From Perkinsus olseni (Eukaryota), in the NCBI GenBank assembly GCA_013115125.1, contig JABANN010000075.1:60320-80319 (forward strand): a stretch of 20,000 nt of DNA, in the 5' to 3' direction. Every line of letters begins with the position of its first letter. Position 1 is the first letter of the stretch. The notes under the pieces are model-generated. The model saw nothing but the letters and a program-made list of their open reading frames with translations. It searched no databases and was not told the origin of the DNA. Below, piece after piece: positions 10,764 through 20,000 of this stretch. Made by a program: the position numbers and the translations under genes.

Positions 10764-13700
10764 ATGGAGCCTGATTATGAAATAGGCCAGCAGCTGGAAG
10801 GACATTCTGGAGATGTCCGCTGTTTAACTGGTTTACCCGATCAAACGTAATAGAAGTCATGTGACGCGTGCTGCACTATCATGATTTTCCTACCCCTATT
10901 GTGTTTTAGTATCTTATCTGGCTCTCTCGATAAAAGTGTTATCGTATGGAAGAGAAATGACGAGGCTAACGGACGGTATACTATGGTAGCAAAGCATACA
11001 CATCATGAAGGGTGATAGAGGGCAAGGATACGATTCTCTCTGTCACTTTTGCCGTTAGTCAAGCGTAGTTACCTAGATCACGAGCTAATCAGAGCCCGAT
11101 GACGATCTGTCTATGTTTAGATATGTGTACTGCCTCGCGAGCGTCGCGTCGTCGTCTACAGCTGATGCCGCACAATCCTACATTTCGGGATCCAAGGATC
11201 AGTCCATAGCGCATGTTAGAGTCAGCGATGGAGTGGTTTTGTGGAGGGTGCTCAAAGCACATGACGGTGCCGTCAGCTCAGTTGCGGTCAGTGGAGGTAG
11301 ACCGCGACGTAAGTCTTAGCCTCCCATCGGGCCCATAAGTCAGGCACCAGGGTACTATCGGGAGGTTGGGACGGTATGGTCAAATGTTGGAGGCTCGACG
11401 GCAGCGCAGATGAACCTGAGTGGAAAGGTAGCTCTCTGTCGACTTGGGAGCGGGAATCCGTGAGGATGACGTTCCTGATCGGTGCCGACAGTCACCGCTC
11501 CCTTAGGCGAAGCTGGAAGTTATGCTGTGGCAGTCGGAGTGTCCGCTGACGGCAAGTTATGCTTCACAGGTGATGGTGCCTTGCCGTTCAATCTCAGAGT
11601 GTTGAGTGCATCAGGTGCTCAAGATGGTGTGATCAAATTTTGGAAAGTCGCTGATGGCACATTGCTCGGTAGGATCTTGTCCAACAGCATGAGTTGGGTG
11701 ATGCAAGATTGGTTTACAGGCTCTGTCCCTCATGCTCATGAGGATATCATCCGAGCATTCGCTGTGGATTCTGCTTCGGGAAGCTTTGCGAGTATAAGTA
11801 ACGACTGCATGGTCAAGGTGAGCGTCTTGTCATTGACGGAGTAGTAACTGCCGTTGAGCCTTAGGTATGGCCAGCCCCAGAGGAGAAACTGGATGGCTCT
11901 GGATATGTTCTTCCCAGCTCGGCTAGTAGTGCTATGACTTTAACTGGTCATAGTGGCTTCGTTTTTGGCTGCGACTGGAGATTCGGCGTGCTCACTACAG
12001 CTAGTGATGACCGGAATGTCAAGGTGCGTTCATGCACTCACCGTCGAGCATATGTCGCTCGATGTTGTTTATTCCTAGTTCTGGAAACCGCAAGAGTCAT
12101 CGACACCAACCGGCAACTCGCTGCTACACCCAGGTAGCGCAGGCGTCTACCTAGCGCAATGTTCGCTTTTGCTCGAGTTGGTGCCCTTGTGGGAATCCCT
12201 CAGGTACGGTATGGTGTGTGAAGGAAATATCAGAGGGAGTAGTTGTATCGGGATGCAGTGATGGTATCGTGAGGATATGGACCAATAACGTTGATTTGGT
12301 ACACTTGTCCCTTCATGGTCATGGTCTTCTGTACTTGGATGTTGGTTAGATGGCACCACTAGAAGAACGAGAGTCCTTGAAATCCCTGGCCGAGGCTAGT
12401 GCAGCTGAGGCGGCCGGAAAGGGTGCGAGTGCAGTACCATTAGACAGTGTCCCTGATATATGCACCATGTGAACTATACACATTGTGTGTTAGACGTTTT
12501 GATGTCCATATCCTAGGTCCTCGACAAGAGGCCGGGAAAATGGTGAAGTGAAGATGTTTAGGCAAGGAGACGAGATAATCGCTTGTCAGTGGGCGAGCGG
12601 TGCTTGGCAAAAAATCGGTAGTAGGGGGAATTGTGGTATATTCAGCGAAGGACTCACACTTCCTTTCTTGCCTGCGCATTCACATTCCTGCTGCGTTGGA
12701 GTTGTAACCTCTGCCTAACTTCTAGGTGTGGTCACTGGCAAGGCAGATAAGAAGCCGTATGCTGGAGACCAGTATTTCCCAGCCGGCTCCTATGACTACG
12801 TCTTCGATGTGGAAATGGGCTCGGCTGAGAGGTCAGTCCAACGTTGGTGGAACCCGGCTACGGAGCTAGAACTCTGTTCAGGATGGCACAACTTCCCTAT
12901 AACAACGGTGACAACCCGCTTGTGGTGGCCGAAAAGTTTTGCGCTAGAGAGCAGGTCAGCTTTCATTGCCACGCTGTTATGGTGTTACCTATTTTGGTAT
13001 GAAATCAGATTGACAAGTCTAACATACACCAGATCATGGATTTCATCAAGACAAATACTTCAGGAGGATCGGCTTCAGCCAACACATCCTCCACGCCTCC
13101 ACCACCTCTGAATCAGTCCACGACACCGGCAGCACAAGTAGTGGCATCCTGCTTTCTACGTCGACCCCAAATTCCGTGGAGAATTCAGGCCGGCGCTGCA
13201 TCTGGACCACCACCACCCGAGGGTGGTGCCGCACCTGCCCATCACATGAAGCACTTCCCATTGATGGATCCAATCCTCTTCAAGGTATTACAGATCGCTC
13301 CACTGGCTTCTAGTAGTGCGAGGCGAACAACCATTTATCAGGAAGCGAAGTTCGACCCTATGAAGAAAAAACTCACCGAGCTTAACAATGCTATCCCTGA
13401 AGGTAGACATGTCGATCTACGCCTTAATAGTGCGGGCAGTATAGTCTGAGTATAGGGATGTTCGATTCCTATTCTAGGCAATAAAGCCAAGCTTACAGCG
13501 GACGAGATGAGCAGTTTAGACGCATTGATAGAGGTGTTGAAGAGCCCCTCGAGGAACAAGAAGGTATTCCCACAATACAGTATCTGTCGACCTCCTTCGT
13601 GCCTTTCAGTTCCTATACGAATCGACGTACACGCTGTGGTCCCGACTCCTACCGACCTGGACACCTGACCAGGGACTGTTCGTTGGAGTTGATTTAGCTA

Positions 13701-14599
13701 GAATGATGCTCCTAGAAGAGAACGGTGCCGATGTTTTCAAGAGTGCCGACAGGTCAGTCGATTATAACAATCGGTCTTCCATTAACACGTTCTTCTGTTG
13801 GATTCTCAATGTCGTCCCTGACGCGCCCAGCTCCTCTCGTACATAGGATATTTCAGGGGGTTGACTTACGTCCAGATGGCCAGCAAATATCTTCGAGATC
13901 CCTCTACCGCATCATCTCCTTTGAGTATATGCTGCGCTAGGTTTCTAGCTAACATGGCCGCCTTCAGTAATACGATCGACCTGAGAACACCTTTCGTGGT
14001 TGTTGGAGCGTCACCTCATTGACTGCGCACTATCCTAGGCACTACCCGGACAGTACTCTGTGATATGGCACCTAAGGTGGTCCTCCCGGCAGTATCTTGT
14101 GCTGTTACACAGTCGACCAACAAACACACAAGAATTGCCTGTGCCTCGGTAACTGGGATGGGGCAGATTGAAGCCGTCGCAGTGTCCACTTTTTACTGCA
14201 GGTCCTTGTCAACGTCTCAGAAGCGGTGACAGATAAAGCATTGGGGCTGGGTTACAAGTCAGTGGCTCCGTTCATCATCGGTACCTTCAAACAGATTGAC
14301 TTGAGTGACTCCGAGATACTCTATCGGGTGAGTCACGGATCACGTGAGAACTATGCTCTTATTGTACGACTGGCGGTCTACAGGAGTGCACTCATAACTC
14401 CCCGCTGATCTACTCAATAGAGCTAATCATTGTTTAGCGTATCTCCTCATCACAGGTCCTCGTTTCCCTTGGCTGTTGCCAGAGCGCCAGAGATAGCGAG
14501 CGTCTTCCAGCTGATGTGGTTGATAGGTTGCGACGCTGCCAGATGAGTACTGAAGTTCGTGTGAGGGAATGCGCAGCAGATATACTTGCAATATGTTAG
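10764..14599 (+). CDS. PLAA: Phospholipase A2-activating protein / Doa1 / Ufd3 homolog (WD40 + PFU + PUL), multi-exon
   Basis: N-terminus MEPDYEIGQQLEGHSGDVRCL; WD repeats (SGSLDKSVIVW, SGGWDGMVKCW, SISNDCMVK, GHSGFVF...TASDDRNVK); GEVKMFR...CQWASGAWQKIG; PFU domain YDYVFDVE...LPYNNGDNPLVVAEKFCARE..IMDFIKTNT; helical C-terminus ending ECAADILAIC* (TAG 14597-14599). Confidence 0.92.
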
Positions 14600-14770
14600 C
14601 CTATGAGTGAGTGCGCGATGGGGCATCTCGGCAGCCGCTCCGCTGCTACCACTACCGTCGTCTATGCTTCACCCTGTTTCTAAGAGCTTGTGATTGGTGT
14701 TGCCAACTCCCCTTCACGGTCATTTGCTTGCAGAATTTTGGGCAGTTTCACATCCATCCAGTCATCTCTT

Positions 14771-17064
14771 ATGGGAAACAAGCAAACCCGGGATATTGGA
14801 GGATCTGCTAACGAGACCGGTAAAGGGGCTTCTAGCACTTCTTCGTTCTCAACGTCCTCCGCTACCAAGCAACTGCGGAAGATTCTTCCGTCGAAGAAGC
14901 ATCATGAATCACCTCCAAAGCAAATTAGTGAGGGGTTCGGGTTCATTCGGTTGACTGTATTCCCCCTCTCAGGTAAGCCAATGATGTCGGTGAACATACA
15001 TGGCTTTCTGAAATACGATGAGCAGGGCGAAGGTAGTACTCTGGTGTCGGTGCATGCCCAGCCCCCAGATGCCGATCTCAGGCTTGGACGAACGAGTGGT
15101 CACGATTGAATTTCCCAAGCCAGCTGCTGATCTGTCCTGCGGATGGTTGGTGGATCAAGCACACGAGCGCTTCCGAGAACTGGGCGCTCCCGGTCACCTT
15201 GTTGGCCTAAAGGAGTTTGGCGACAAGGCTGATCAAGAAGCCAAGGTATGAGACTGGTGCTTCCATATCGTTCTACATAGGATTCCAATGTGCATCGGTC
15301 TGTCCTGGATGTTGTGTAGGATTCATGGCTAATGGACTTCAAACGGCCGCTCACTTGCTTGAAACCAAACGAGGACCTGGAGGCCATCTTCAGCGTCGAT
15401 GTAATGCGAGGGGATCCGCGTCGTCGAAGATCATTCCATGTGAGTTTGTTACAACATGTGTTGGCCTTTCAGGAGCTGGGCGCTTCCTCTTATGCTTCAA
15501 AGGCTACTCTCACTGACTTCGAGTTCCTCAAGGTTATCGGAGATGGAGCAAGCTGCTCTGTGATCTTAGTACGGGCTGTGATAGTTTTCTCTGTCTGCCG
15601 ACCTATCGCTCTTTTGAGGTTCGTCGTCGAGACAACGGGAAATTATATGCCGTGAAGATGATGACCAAGGAGAGGATACTCTCTAATAATAAGAGGATGG
15701 AGCGTGCCATGATGGAGCGGAAAGTTTTGGCAAAGGCCAGGCATCCCTTCATAGTCACTATGTATTGGGTAGCACCCATTTTCATGGTTGGTGATGTCTC
15801 GTCTATCTCCCTTCCCCCTTAGGCCTTCCAAACACGTTCCCATTTGTATTTTGTCCTCGAGTTCTGCGCAGGGGGTGAGCTTTTTTATCACATGATGCAG
15901 CGAGGCCATTTTGACGAGTCAACTGCCAAGTAACATCTTCGCTACTGTCGTTTCTCATGAGATCGTACTTAGCGCCGTTCCTTGGGCGATGCGCCGTTCA
16001 CTCGGCTGGTCAGGGATAGATGAGTCGTGTGTTTCCCCTCAGGTTCTACTTTTGTGAAGTCCTCCTAGGTTTGGAGTACCTACACTCTCAAAATGTATTA
16101 TACAGAGATTTGAAGCCGGAGAATGTCTTGTTGGATTTGGATGGTCACGTGCGTTTGACAGATTTCGGCCTTTCTAAAGAAAGCAAAGCAGGTGTGGTCG
16201 GGAGTGACTCTTCAAGAGACTTACTTCTTGTGTGGCCTGTGTGTACCATATTTGACAGATCCGGCTTCGCAATTGACGTCGTTTGTGGGCACCGCTGGAT
16301 ACCTTAGCCCCGAGATGATCAAACGAGAAGGTACTACTTCCGCTATATGGCTCTCACCACTCCTGAAGACCCAGTCTAGTACATCTTCTATATCCGCAGG
16401 TCACGGCAAGCCTTTGGATTTCTATTGTCTTGGGTGCCTACTCTATGTTATGCTCACGGGCAGCCTACCCCACTTTCAAGGCAACTGGGACGAAATGTTC
16501 GCGCGGAGGGGTAAGCCGAGAGATGAGAGAGTGATTGCTGAGAGAATTCAGGGTTGGCATTCTTGAGAGATGCCAACCCTAGCATGTTTTGTTTCAACAG
16601 TTACTGGAGAAAGCCTCACGTATCCGCCTTGGGTATCAGCTCCAGCACGAGACATGTGCGACAGGCTGTTAGAGGCCGATCCCAAGACGAGGCTCGGATC
16701 TAAGAAAGGAGCTAGGGAGATCAAGGAACATCCTTGGGTTAGGGATATGGATTGGGTAACTTGAATGTTCAAGGGTGAAGGGAACTCTTAATGTGTTCTT
16801 TTAGGAGAAGTTGTTCCGGAAGCAGATTAAGCCGCCGATCGATCCAAGTAAAACCAAGAAGAACTTTTCTCCGGAATTCACTGAGAAGCCTGTCGAAGTG
16901 GGTTCCGGGGCTTGATTGTTTGAGTTGGGGTCTAACCGGGAGACTGATCGGCGACTGTTCAGGCCGTTAAGGCGCGCGCCATGAAAGGAGCTGCTGTGGC
17001 AGCACCGAAGGTGAAGGAAGGTGCATTCCAGGGATGGAGTTATGTCGAAGGTACGCCCAACTAG
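14771..17064 (+). CDS. AGC-group Ser/Thr protein kinase (PKB/SGK/S6K-like) with N-terminal myristoylation-type motif, multi-exon
   Basis: MGNKQT start; [83 protein letters not shown]-tail NFSPEFT and hydrophobic motif FQGWSY. Confidence 0.93.
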
Positions 17065-18556
17065 ATTTTCATTTTCCCAATCAGCAGCGTGTTTTTGGGT
17101 GGGGGTTTAGGTCCGCCGAATAGCTCTGAGCCTGGGATGCCTCCGACTATTCGGGAGTGATGTGATCCAACAACGATACGAATGTCGTTCTTCTTGCGGT
17201 CGAGGTTATACTCTAGTTTCTCTACCACATAATTGCTCGAACTTTCCTGGGTTTTGATATCTGCTTGAAGTCGCGTTAGTCTCACACAATATGCGAACTG
17301 TGTCTATTCAAGTACCAAGCGGGGGATGTCCTCCGAAATAGTAGCCTTGGGGGAAGGTACGTGAGAGACCCGTAAGTATATAATGCTCATGAGATAGGGC
17401 GTAGGGCGGTATGATATGATACGTCACTCTTTGGACTATTTAGTGTCCACTTTGCGAGTTCATGCCTTCAACAGCGACGCATAGAGACGGGAGTTGAGGG
17501 CCTTCCAATGGCTGTAACGCGGCGTAAGTGTTGAGATCTCCTCACACTAGATACGACTGCATTGTGTCCGGTGAGCCTCGTGGTGTCAAGGCCGAATTTT
17601 CTCTCGATACGTCGAAGACCTTTTTAACTTTTCTGTGAAGTGAGTTCGAGCCATGGGCGATATTGAAGTACCGTAAAACTCGGCATCTTTTGGCCTGTCT
17701 GCATCTCAATAACTGTCCGGAACACTGATGATGAAGGCCGTCTGATGTATGGGAGGCTAAAGTCTCTCCAACGCCATGTACAATATGTGAATGTACAGGT
17801 TATTTCTCCATCTTAGATAGTGTCGGTGTCTAGCACGATGCAGAACTATCTGTGGTCTTCAGGCTAACTTCGACTTCCTGGAAAGGCAACCTACCGGACC
17901 AATCGATTGAGCGGCGGAATGGTCGAACTTGAATTGCCATGGAGGGTCCGGACGTACCTCTGACGAGCTCGAGGGCAGCGCAGTTGATCTGGATGGGCTG
18001 GTGCTCCCGCCCTCACTCGAGCTCCTCGGACTGGAAGGTGGAGATGGAGAACTCCGACGTATTGAACAGGTGATCTTGACATTTTTGAGCATCTGTAACC
18101 ATCGCGTAACCTGCAGATGATACCATTCTCTGTTTGGTACGCTAATGACCGGTGGCTTGGTTACGCAGCATACTATACAGTACAACTCACTGGATATGTG
18201 CCTAAGAGAGCTCCTGTCTATAGGTGCTACCCACTTCAAGTGGCTAGATTCTGAAGCCTCGTAGGCACCACCTTAGGCACTGCTCGATTTTTCGATGACG
18301 CGCCCGGCGGGCGCGTCATCGAACGGGCGGGCGGGTGCCGCCCGCCCGTTTCGTTTGAACTTTTTAGCTTACTCACCCTTGGTTTGTCCCTGCGTGAATT
18401 GCCCAGTCTCTGTTCCGTAGCTCGCAGAGTATCGTGCGCCTTTTCGTACGCCTTGTCTAACGCCTCCATGTGTTGCTTCATTTCCAACCTCACCGAAGAG
18501 AGCTCTACTCGCAAACGCTTGATGGCCTCGGATAAATTGCGGCGTTCTTCGGCCAT
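17061..18556 (-). CDS. Orphan multi-exon hypothetical protein (N-terminal coiled-coil-like segment, Ser/Pro-rich middle); 3' extent tentative
   Basis: The ATG at 18556 lies in a 5'UTR context shared with 14-3-3. Exon 1 reads MAEERRNLSEAIKRLRVELSS...RDKPR and ends at a GTGAGTAAG donor (about 18376). Further exon-like frames have donors/acceptors (CTGCAG|VTRWLQ...SIGP|GTAGG), and a terminal frame reads ESSSNYVVEKLEYNLDRKK...KMKI* with its stop at 17063-17061. Confidence 0.5.
18291..18350. repeat. Tandem perfect GC-rich inverted repeats (double hairpin)
   Basis: TTCGATGACGCGCCCG-G-CGGGCGCGTCATCGAA (16-bp arms, 18291-18323) overlaps by 2 nt with AACGGGCGGGCGG-GTG-CCGCCCGCCCGTT (13-bp arms, 18322-18350). 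Confidence 0.95.
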
Positions 18557-18726
18557 ATTCAGTTAGAGGAAACGATGAACCAAAGTCCATCTTAAAAGGA
18601 TATACACAGATAGCATAAACTTTTATTCTGCCAACACTTAGTGCCCGAAGGACGCGGCGCTCCGATCTTGCGACCAAAGCTGAGGAAATTCAAGTCGACG
18701 TGACGGATCAAGATACTCATTCAAGT
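18543..18726. repeat. Diverged direct duplicate of the 14-3-3 start/5'UTR/upstream region (10474-10682)
   Basis: Block 1: CGYTCYTCGGCCATATTYAGTT..AACGATKAACCAAAGTCYATCT at 10474-10522 and 18543-18592. Block 2: GACGCGGCGC..ATCTTGCGACC..AGGAAAT.CAAG.CGACG at 10622-10669 and 18651-18700. Both copies then carry ATTCAAGT. Confidence 0.9.
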
Positions 18727-18846
18727 AGGCCGTTCGGCGCGTTGCTCGAGCCGACGAGGGTGTACTTGACTTTTTCGGGCGTTGCTGAATAGAACCTATT
18801 TTGGCTTGTGTGTGAGCTCAACGTGGGTTGCTTAGATTAGCGGCTC

Positions 18847-18931
18847 AATTAGACCATCTTGGCTCAAGGTAAATATCAGGTCCGCTCGCGAGGCTGCAGC
18901 CGAAAGGTGAATGCCGGTGACGACCCTTTTT
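18847..18931 (+). ncRNA. Spliced-leader (SL) RNA gene candidate, Perkinsus type, with variant leader 5' end
   Basis: CCATCTTGGCTCAAG (18854-18868) is identical to the 3' 15 nt of the Perkinsus leader ACCGTAGCCATCTTGGCTCAAG. It is immediately followed by a GTAAAT donor, a foldable intron of about 58 nt with two GNRA hairpins, and TTTTT (18927-18931). Total length of about 80-83 nt matches reported Perkinsus SL RNAs. Confidence 0.75.
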
Positions 18932-19128
18932 GTATATTGGGCGTTACGAAATTGTGGTGCAGCTGCACTTGACGAACTAGAGACACAGCATGGCTTGACG
19001 AATTCGTGGTGCAGCATTTCTGGAGTTTTCTGCACCTCGATTTCGTCCACTAGTGGTGACAGTAGACTGCAACTGAACTTCGTTCGAACTGTCACCCCCG
19101 TGCCCCCTGGACAATGTTAGCCCAATGT

Positions 19129-19159
19129 TTGTCCCGTCCTGTCCTATCCCGTCCCTTCC
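19129..19159. repeat. Short degenerate pentamer repeat (GTCCY-like)
   Basis: TTGTCCCGTCCTGTCCTATCCCGTCCCTTCC. Confidence 0.6.
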
Positions 19160-20000
19160 ACTTCTGCCGCCCAACTGACCGCAATGCCAGTGCTGCGAGT
19201 CACGTGATCATTGCCGCCATCAACATTGTCCAGGGGGAGCGGGGTCAGAGATTATTGGATGAAGTAGTACGGGAATATTCGAGTATGGTCGGACAGAAGT
19301 GCTGGATATCGTGAAGTGTTCGACTCCGAAGATGATGAATTGATTAAAGTTGCCTCATGCGAGGCGCCCTAAAAATTGCGACGGGATCCGTTAGAATCTC
19401 GCGACGGGAATTGGAGTAGTTTTCAACTAGCAAAAAGCGCATCTCCGCAAGGCGTCATAGATAGCGCTATTGCCCCTCCCGCAAGGATAGTATGAAATTG
19501 CTCTGCAGCACTGTATTGTGGCTGGGAGGTGAATGATATCTGGTAATGAAATAGGAATGCAGACAAAAATGAAGGCTTCGCTCTTCTCTCTTCTTGGAGT
19601 ACGGCCAATTCTGTAGCCATTCCGTTCTCTGCCATCGTTGGAATTCGTGAATTATTTGAGAGTTGGAGCGTGGGCTCCGCAAAAATTGTTGTAGTTCACA
19701 TGAGTGCAGTCATGCCACACGGCAATCTTTAGTAAAAGGCGAAAGATTGATTCGCTTTGAGATGACCGCTGTGATATTTAGTAATGCCATCGAGCGAACT
19801 TGCTCCGCAGCCGAGGCAGTGGATATCTGGTAGTAGTGAGAGGGATGGTGAAAGAACGAAATGACTCCAACTTGGCATTGGCTCAACTCGTCCATAGTCA
19901 TTCGAATTGATCCGATTCTGGCATGAATTCGACGAGATCAGGAGAGATTTGGAGAGTATTGGATTATAGTTGGTGCCAGCGCTATCTCTTCGTTTACGCT

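Noticed and set aside
18832-19314. Short ORFs overlapping or following the SL-like sequence (retrogene with a relict SL)
   Set aside because: No recognisable protein. The leader is followed by GT, a structured RNA and a T-tract, which fits an SL RNA gene better.
19332-19338. ATGATGA C-box
   Set aside because: No downstream CTGA D box within snoRNA distance.
19423-20000. Possible 3' end of a minus-strand gene entering from the right edge
   Set aside because: Short ORFs and splice-like sites exist, but I could not establish a consistent frame or homology, so it is left unannotated.
1-20000. CRISPR arrays, tRNA/rRNA genes, transposase or reverse-transcriptase ORFs
   Set aside because: None seen by eye; the window is eukaryotic and mostly explained by spliced housekeeping genes.

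Overview
Gene-dense eukaryotic DNA with many short (mostly about 45-110 nt) GT-AG introns. The organism is most likely a perkinsid alveolate (Perkinsus-like); this is inferred from a Perkinsus-type spliced-leader core at 18854-18868 and the intron style. Manual splicing recovers seven recognisable genes: COP9 signalosome subunit 4, a phospholipid scramblase, an ODC-type mitochondrial carrier, tyrosine aminotransferase, 14-3-3 (minus strand), PLAA/Doa1/Ufd3 and a myristoylation-type AGC kinase. There is also an unidentified gene end at the left edge and an orphan minus-strand gene at about 17061-18556. The right end holds the most interesting signals. First, an apparently solitary SL RNA gene of about 80-83 nt with a variant leader, a GT donor, GNRA hairpins and a T-tract. 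Second, a diverged copy of the 14-3-3/PLAA upstream region, 5'UTR and start codon, which now lies between the orphan gene and that SL RNA gene. Third, a perfect GC-rich double-hairpin element in an intron of the orphan gene. Exon boundaries were read by eye and are approximate.
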